Position numbers and translations under genes: made by a program. Positions 58,757 through 64,000 of a stretch of DNA of 64,000 nt are shown piece after piece. Source of the stretch: an uncultured Actinomycetota bacterium (GTDB lineage: Bacteria > Actinomycetota > Acidimicrobiia > Spongiisociales > UBA5794); NCBI GenBank assembly GCA_963836085.1, contig CAWIHT010000012.1, positions 6,527 to 70,526 on the forward strand, written 5' to 3'. The stretch's first letter is position 1. Each line of letters begins with the position of its first letter. The notes below the pieces were generated by a model. The model saw nothing but the letters and a program-made list of their open reading frames with translations. It searched no databases and had not been told where the DNA came from.

Positions 58757-59635
58757 ATGACTTCCGAGATCTTCGTCCGCCCAGCCCTGCCGAGTGACCG
58801 CGAAACGATCGTCGAATTCACCCGGGATACGTTCGACTGGGGCGACTACATCGCCGACGTCTTCGACGAGTGGCTCGAACGGGAGGACACGTTCGTCGCG
58901 GTCGCCGAAAGTGAAGACAATCGTCCCATCGCTATCGGGGCGGTCCGCATGCTCTCACCGAAGGAGGCCTGGTACTCGGCGGCGCGGGTCAGTCCCGAGT
59001 ATCGCGGACGCGGGATCGCCGCCAAGGTCTCGAACGAGTTGCGGTCATGGGCCCGGGAGCGTGGCGCCGTCGTCGGACGGCTACTCGTTGAGGACTGGAA
59101 CGAGGTTGCGATCCGCCACATCGAGAAGACCGGGCCGCGCAGAATCGCGTCCGTCGTGCGGTGTACGAAGCCCGTCGGAGATGCCTCGCCGTCGCCCTCG
59201 GGAAATGGCGGTCGGCGTCTCCCATCGAAGCTCAGGTCCCGTCCGGCCGGATCCTCCGAAGCGCAACCGGCCTATGCATCCTGGTCGGTCGGTGAATTGG
59301 GTCGGGCATCGCGCGGCCTCATCGGCATCGGCTGGACATTCCGTCGCCTCACGCTTGCCGACCTCGAGACCGCCGCCAAGGCGAGCGCGTTCTGGGAGAT
59401 CGGTGCAGGCTGGGCGCTCGCAGCACCGGCTTCCGAAGCGCGATTCGAAGTGGCGTGGCTCGAGACCAGAGAAGAAGACGCCAGCGACCTGATCCGCTCC
59501 CTCGTCGACTTGGCGATCGGCTCGGGTTCCGAATCGATCTCGATCTGGGTCCCGGCTGTCGACTGGATGGTCCAAGCCGCCCGCCGCCTCGGTTTCGAGA
59601 CATCGGTACTGCACATCTACGCCCGAGAGGTGTGA
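58757..59635 (+). CDS. GNAT acetyltransferase
   Basis: WGDYI, RVSPEYRGRGIA; leaderless TATTCT-N6-ATG. Confidence 0.8.
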   Translation: MTSEIFVRPALPSDRETIVEFTRDTFDWGDYIADVFDEWLEREDTFVAVAESEDNRPIAIGAVRMLSPKEAWYSAARVSPEYRGRGIAAKVSNELRSWARERGAVVGRLLVEDWNEVAIRHIEKTGPRRIASVVRCTKPVGDASPSPSGNGGRRLPSKLRSRPAGSSEAQPAYASWSVGELGRASRGLIGIGWTFRRLTLADLETAAKASAFWEIGAGWALAAPASEARFEVAWLETREEDASDLIRSLVDLAIGSGSESISIWVPAVDWMVQAARRLGFETSVLHIYAREV

Positions 59636-59649
59636 AGGTAAGTCGCCAG

Positions 59650-60876
59650 TCACCCGCTGGGTGCGGTCTTCTGGATCGCTTTCCAGTACAGCTCTATGGG
59701 GTGCTTCACGTCGTACTCATCGCCGAGGTAGGTCTTCAACTGCATCTCGCAGCCGGGGTTGGCAGAGGCGACCTGGGTAAGACCGGTAGCGGCAATCTCC
59801 CCGGCCTTGATGAGGCCGAGTTCACGAGACACCTCAGGATGGGAGAGTTGGTAGGCGCCCGCTGCTCCGCAACACATGCCTTCCGGGTCAATCTCGATCG
59901 GCTCATACCCGGCGGCCCGCAAAATCATCCGGGGTTCGACGACGATCCGTTGCGCGTGCCCGAGGTGACATGGGTCCTGGACCGCAATCGGCTGCTCCCC
60001 TTCGACCACCGGCAACTCCCCTTCCGCGATCAGGGAGGCGACGAACTCGGTGGCATCGACGATCCGGTCGGCGAGATCTGCACCGCCGTCGGTCCAGTGG
60101 CCGTAACCCTTCATGTGCGCGCTGCACCCGGCGGAGTCGACCACGATCCGGTCGTACCCGGCGAACGCTGCCACATTCTTGGCTGCCATCGCCGCAGCGT
60201 CATACGAAGCACCCTCGTGAGCAGCGAGCGCCCCGCAGCACGTCTGGAGGGAAGGCGCGACAACGCGATAGCCGGCCGTGCGCAAGACCTGGATCACGGC
60301 GACGTGAGTGTCGGAGTACCAGGCATCCATCACGCAGCCGGAGAGGAATGCCACGGTCCCGATCGGTTCGCCGTCCGGGAACCACTCACGCCCTGCGGTC
60401 GTCGGGACCGGGAGCGGCACCGTCCGGAGTGCCTCCGTCTTCCCGATCATCCCAGGCATCCATCTGCCGAGTCCCGAGCGCTGCGCCAGCGCGATCCCCA
60501 ACGAAGCAAACGCGAGCAGCGGGCGATTCCCGATCGCCTTGCCGAAGACCAGACGCTTCCCAATGGTGACGGTGTCGGGTTCGGCAGCAGCGGCTTCGCC
60601 CCGTGCTCCCTCCATGAGCCTGCCGAACGGCACGAGGGACGGACATGCCGTCTCACAGGCCCGGCACTGGAGGCACAGGTCCATGATCTCTCCAAAACGT
60701 GCATCGATCGGTGCCAGGCCACGGTCGACGGCGCGCATTGCCGCGATGCGTCCTCGCGGGGAGGCCGACTCGTCTCCGGTGAGCCGGAACGTGGGACAGG
60801 CCGGGAGGCACAGTCCGCAGTCGATGCAGGCGCTGAGTTCGTCGCCCGTCGGAGCCCAATCGGTGACCCAGGTCAT
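59650..60876 (-). CDS. glcF: Glycolate oxidase Fe-S subunit
   Basis: CIDCGLCLPACPT, CLQCRACETACPS, two CCG domains. Confidence 0.88.
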   Translation of the reverse strand: MTWVTDWAPTGDELSACIDCGLCLPACPTFRLTGDESASPRGRIAAMRAVDRGLAPIDARFGEIMDLCLQCRACETACPSLVPFGRLMEGARGEAAAAEPDTVTIGKRLVFGKAIGNRPLLAFASLGIALAQRSGLGRWMPGMIGKTEALRTVPLPVPTTAGREWFPDGEPIGTVAFLSGCVMDAWYSDTHVAVIQVLRTAGYRVVAPSLQTCCGALAAHEGASYDAAAMAAKNVAAFAGYDRIVVDSAGCSAHMKGYGHWTDGGADLADRIVDATEFVASLIAEGELPVVEGEQPIAVQDPCHLGHAQRIVVEPRMILRAAGYEPIEIDPEGMCCGAAGAYQLSHPEVSRELGLIKAGEIAATGLTQVASANPGCEMQLKTYLGDEYDVKHPIELYWKAIQKTAPSG

Positions 60877-61991
60877 CAGAGATTCCCGGGGAGGATGGAG
60901 CGGTTGCAGATCCCGGCCGGGTCGAACGCAGCCTTGATACGTCGTTGGATGTCGAGCGACGGCGGCGGCGAACCCCACGCGGCGAGGTCATCGTCGGACC
61001 CCGCCACCACGACCACGGCTCCCGCAACCGACTCGGCCCAGGCACGCGCCTCGGCCAACTCACCGGCATCGACGACTGCAAACCCCGCGGACACGATCCC
61101 GACGCCGTGCTCGGCGATCCATCTCGACGCCCCAAGGTCGCGCACCATCCCGACCGCAGTCGACAGGTGCGCCGCCGGAATCCGGAACTCGACCCGGATC
61201 GGTTCGGAGATCGGTTCCGGCCAGACAAGACCGCGTCGGTGAACAACGCCGAGTTGCCGAGCCTGGGCAGCGACCTGGTTCCCTGCACCGCCGAGGTAGG
61301 CGAACGATCCCTCTGATGTCTCAAGGACGGCGAGTGGCCGATACAACGTCCCGAGCGCCGTTCCAGCATCATCCACCTCGACGGTCGCAACCGAGAGCGG
61401 CTGCGACCAGAGCTTCAACGTCACCTCGCCGATCAGACCAAGGCTGCCGAGCGAGCCAGTGGCGAGTCGCGTCAGGCCGTACCCGGTCGAAGACTTGACG
61501 ACGGGACTCCCTCCGGTGACGATCTTGCCGTAGCCAGTCGCCACCCTGACCTGCAGCACCCGGTCACGGGTGGGTCCATACCGCAGTCGTCGGTAGCCGG
61601 AGAGGCCAATCGCTATGGCACCACCGACGGTGGAACCCGGCATCGTCTCGGGCAGCACGGCGGTCTGGCGACGGGTTGCGATCTCGGCTTCGAGGACATC
61701 GATCGGCACGCCGGCCTGGACAACCAGCGTGAGATCGTCCGGCTGCCAGTCGACGATCGCATCGAGACGGGTTGTGGTGATGACCAGGTCGGCGGAGACC
61801 GGGTTCCCATATCCCCGGTGCGTTCCGCTCCCCCGAAAGGCGGTCGACATCCCGGCTTCGGCGGCCGCGGCCAGGATCGCTGCCGCCTCATCGAGTGAGG
61901 ACGGCGCCACAACGTGGGCGGCATCGATGTCCACCGATTCGTCCCTGAGTCGCTCGAGGAGCCGAAGGGTGACGCCGCGTAGACTCGTCAT
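60876..61991 (-). CDS. glcE: FAD-binding subunit of glycolate oxidase
   Basis: STVGG, VVKSSTGYGLTRLATGSLGSLG, FDPAGICN; start uncertain. Confidence 0.8.
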   Translation of the reverse strand: MTSLRGVTLRLLERLRDESVDIDAAHVVAPSSLDEAAAILAAAAEAGMSTAFRGSGTHRGYGNPVSADLVITTTRLDAIVDWQPDDLTLVVQAGVPIDVLEAEIATRRQTAVLPETMPGSTVGGAIAIGLSGYRRLRYGPTRDRVLQVRVATGYGKIVTGGSPVVKSSTGYGLTRLATGSLGSLGLIGEVTLKLWSQPLSVATVEVDDAGTALGTLYRPLAVLETSEGSFAYLGGAGNQVAAQARQLGVVHRRGLVWPEPISEPIRVEFRIPAAHLSTAVGMVRDLGASRWIAEHGVGIVSAGFAVVDAGELAEARAWAESVAGAVVVVAGSDDDLAAWGSPPPSLDIQRRIKAAFDPAGICNRSILPGNL

Positions 61992-63385
61992 CCGGCCGGC
62001 CGATCGAAGCATCGGGATCCGCCGGGCAACACCTTGCCCGGGTTCATCAGTCGGTCGGGATCGAACGCGTCCCGCACCCTGGCCTGGGCGTCGAGATCGT
62101 CGGCGTTGAACACCTGGGACATCAGATCCCGCTTCTCCAGGCCGATGCCGTGCTCCCCGCTGAGGGTGCCGCCGGCGGCAACCGAGATCCGCACCATCTC
62201 GTGAGCGGCCTCGATCACCTTCTCGGCCATGCCCGGCTCTGCGGCGTCATAGGACACGAGGGGGTGCAGGTTCCCGTCGCCGGCATGGAACACGTTCATA
62301 AGTCGAAGGCCGTAGGTGTCGGCGATGGTGTAGATCTCGTCGAGCACCTCGACGAACCGAGTCCGTGGCACAACCGTGTCGTTGAGGTAGTAGTCGGGGG
62401 CCGCTTGAGCGATCGCGCCGAACGCCGACTTGCGGCCCTTCCACAGCAGCGCCCGCTCGTCGTCATCCGACGCGGTGCGGATCTCACGGGCTCGGTTCCG
62501 TTCGGCAATGTCCTGGATGAGATCGACCTCGGCCGCAATGCCCTTGGGGTGGCCGACGACCTCAGCGAGCAGAACGGCGTCAGCGCCGACGGGGAGTCCG
62601 GCATTCACGAAGTTCTCGATCGCCTCGATCATGCCACGGTCCATCATCTCCAGGGCTGCCGGGACGAGGCCGCTCCCGATAATCTCCGACACGGTTCGTG
62701 CGGCGTCGTTGATGTCATCGAACGAGATGAGCATCGTCGCAACGGCGGGCGAGTTCTCGGTGAGGCGGACGAGGACGCGCGTGGCGATGCCGAGGGTGCC
62801 CTCGGAACCGACAATGAGGCCGCGCAGGTCGTAGCCCGGCAGATCCGGTGCGGCCCCTCCGAGCATCACGACATCGCCCTCGGCTGTTACGAGTTCGACC
62901 CCGAGCACGTGAGCGATCGTCGAACCCTCCGCGAGACAATGCGGACCACCGGCGTTGGTCGCCGTGTTTCCTCCGACCGTCGACGCCTGCTGGGACGCGG
63001 GGTCGGGGGCGAAATGAAGGCCCCGTTCCGTGAGCGCGTTGGAGAGGTCGAGGTTGATCAATCCGGGACCAACCCAGGCGGTACGCCCGACCTCGTCGAT
63101 CTCGAAGATCTCATTCATCCGTGTGAGCACAACGAGGACCGAACCGGGACAAGGGACGGCTCCCCCGGCGAGACCGGTTCCGGCACCGCGAGCGACAACC
63201 GGCATGCCGGCGCCGGCTGCGACCCGGACGACTGCTGCCACTTCTTCAGTCGACTCGGGGAGCACCACGATGGCCGGATCGCCCGCCGTCACACCTGAAT
63301 CCTTCGCGTAGATCAGACGGTCGATCGGGTGGGTGTGGACATGCGAGGCACCGAGTAGTTCGACCAGTTGGGCAGGCACGTCCAT
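61988..63385 (-). CDS. glcD: Glycolate oxidase FAD subunit
   Basis: RGAGTGLAGG, PDPASQ, GSEGTLG, HAGDGNLH, GEHGIG, MNPGK. Confidence 0.9.
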   Translation of the reverse strand: MDVPAQLVELLGASHVHTHPIDRLIYAKDSGVTAGDPAIVVLPESTEEVAAVVRVAAGAGMPVVARGAGTGLAGGAVPCPGSVLVVLTRMNEIFEIDEVGRTAWVGPGLINLDLSNALTERGLHFAPDPASQQASTVGGNTATNAGGPHCLAEGSTIAHVLGVELVTAEGDVVMLGGAAPDLPGYDLRGLIVGSEGTLGIATRVLVRLTENSPAVATMLISFDDINDAARTVSEIIGSGLVPAALEMMDRGMIEAIENFVNAGLPVGADAVLLAEVVGHPKGIAAEVDLIQDIAERNRAREIRTASDDDERALLWKGRKSAFGAIAQAAPDYYLNDTVVPRTRFVEVLDEIYTIADTYGLRLMNVFHAGDGNLHPLVSYDAAEPGMAEKVIEAAHEMVRISVAAGGTLSGEHGIGLEKRDLMSQVFNADDLDAQARVRDAFDPDRLMNPGKVLPGGSRCFDRPAG

Positions 63386-63526
63386 AGCGGCAGCGTAGTG
63401 ACCGGGGCCGGTTCGGGGGCCGGTAGCGGCACCCGCCGGCGATCCGATCGACCCCGGCCCCGTGCTCTATCGTGGAGGATCCGCATGGAGCACCGCATCG
63501 CCAGCACATCCCCCGGACGACCGGAC

Positions 63527-64000
63527 ATGAGCGACACAACGGACCGTGGACCCGTCCAGCTTTTCGTCACGTGCATCGTCGATGTGTTCTACCCCGCCGT
63601 CGGCCGGGCTGTCATTCGGGTGCTCGAGGGGCATGGCTTCACCGTCGAATTCCCGGAGGATCAGACCTGCTGTGGGCAGCCAGCGTTCAACACCGGTCAT
63701 CGTGCCGAGGCGACGTCGGTGGCTGAGCACACCGTGCGCGTCCTCGATGCAACAAACGGCCCGATCGTGGTGCCATCTGGTTCGTGCACAGCGATGATCA
63801 TCGACCACTACGAGGAGCTCTTCGCCGACAGCCCCGAACTGCTTGCGGTTGGCCGGCGTGTCGCATCGCGGGTTCACGAGTTCACGCAGTTCCTCGTCGA
63901 CGAGATCGGCCTCGACGGGATCGAATCGGCCACGACCGGCACTGCAACGTTCCATCCCTCCTGCCATGGTCTCCGCCACCTCGGCCTGGGCGGCTACGGC
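63527..64000 (+). CDS. lutA: LutA/LldE-type CCG Fe-S protein (lactate utilisation), 3'-truncated by window edge
   Basis: Translated by hand: QLFVTCIVD, QTCCGQPAFNTG, PSGSC, HPSCHGLR; absent from the ORF track because no stop lies in the window. Confidence 0.85.
   Translation, partial: MSDTTDRGPVQLFVTCIVDVFYPAVGRAVIRVLEGHGFTVEFPEDQTCCGQPAFNTGHRAEATSVAEHTVRVLDATNGPIVVPSGSCTAMIIDHYEELFADSPELLAVGRRVASRVHEFTQFLVDEIGLDGIESATTGTATFHPSCHGLRHLGLGGYG

Overview
High-GC bacterial chromosome segment. Gene content (DivIVA, DUF222-HNH, GerMN and septum-formation domains, pervasive leaderless starts) points to Actinomycetota, probably Acidimicrobiia; this is inference. Most of it is metabolic core: purine deaminases, pepP, a 1411-aa DivIVA/coiled-coil protein, ATP-PEPCK, class I aldolase, phosphohexomutase, hypFCDE, a 2-oxoacid:ferredoxin oxidoreductase, acs, tRNA-Glu/Asp/Phe, a Pat-type acetyltransferase, Leu/Val dehydrogenase with a fused branched-chain E1, and glcDEF with a partial lutA. 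The best candidate for an undescribed system is 18018-21749: a GshB-like ATP-grasp ligase, an N-formylglutamate-amidohydrolase-like metallohydrolase and an HExxxH/QEGL (DUF1704/MATCAP-like) metallocarboxypeptidase, possibly a reversible amino-acid ligation and removal cycle. Other leads are a DszB-like desulfinase paired with a rhodanese, a P-loop kinase paired with a divergent GH13 enzyme, a REP-like tandem array flanking a frameshifted DUF222-HNH gene, an aroE missing its catalytic segment, and a strong orphan promoter opposite a TetR gene. All family calls come from motif recognition by eye; no database searches were run.
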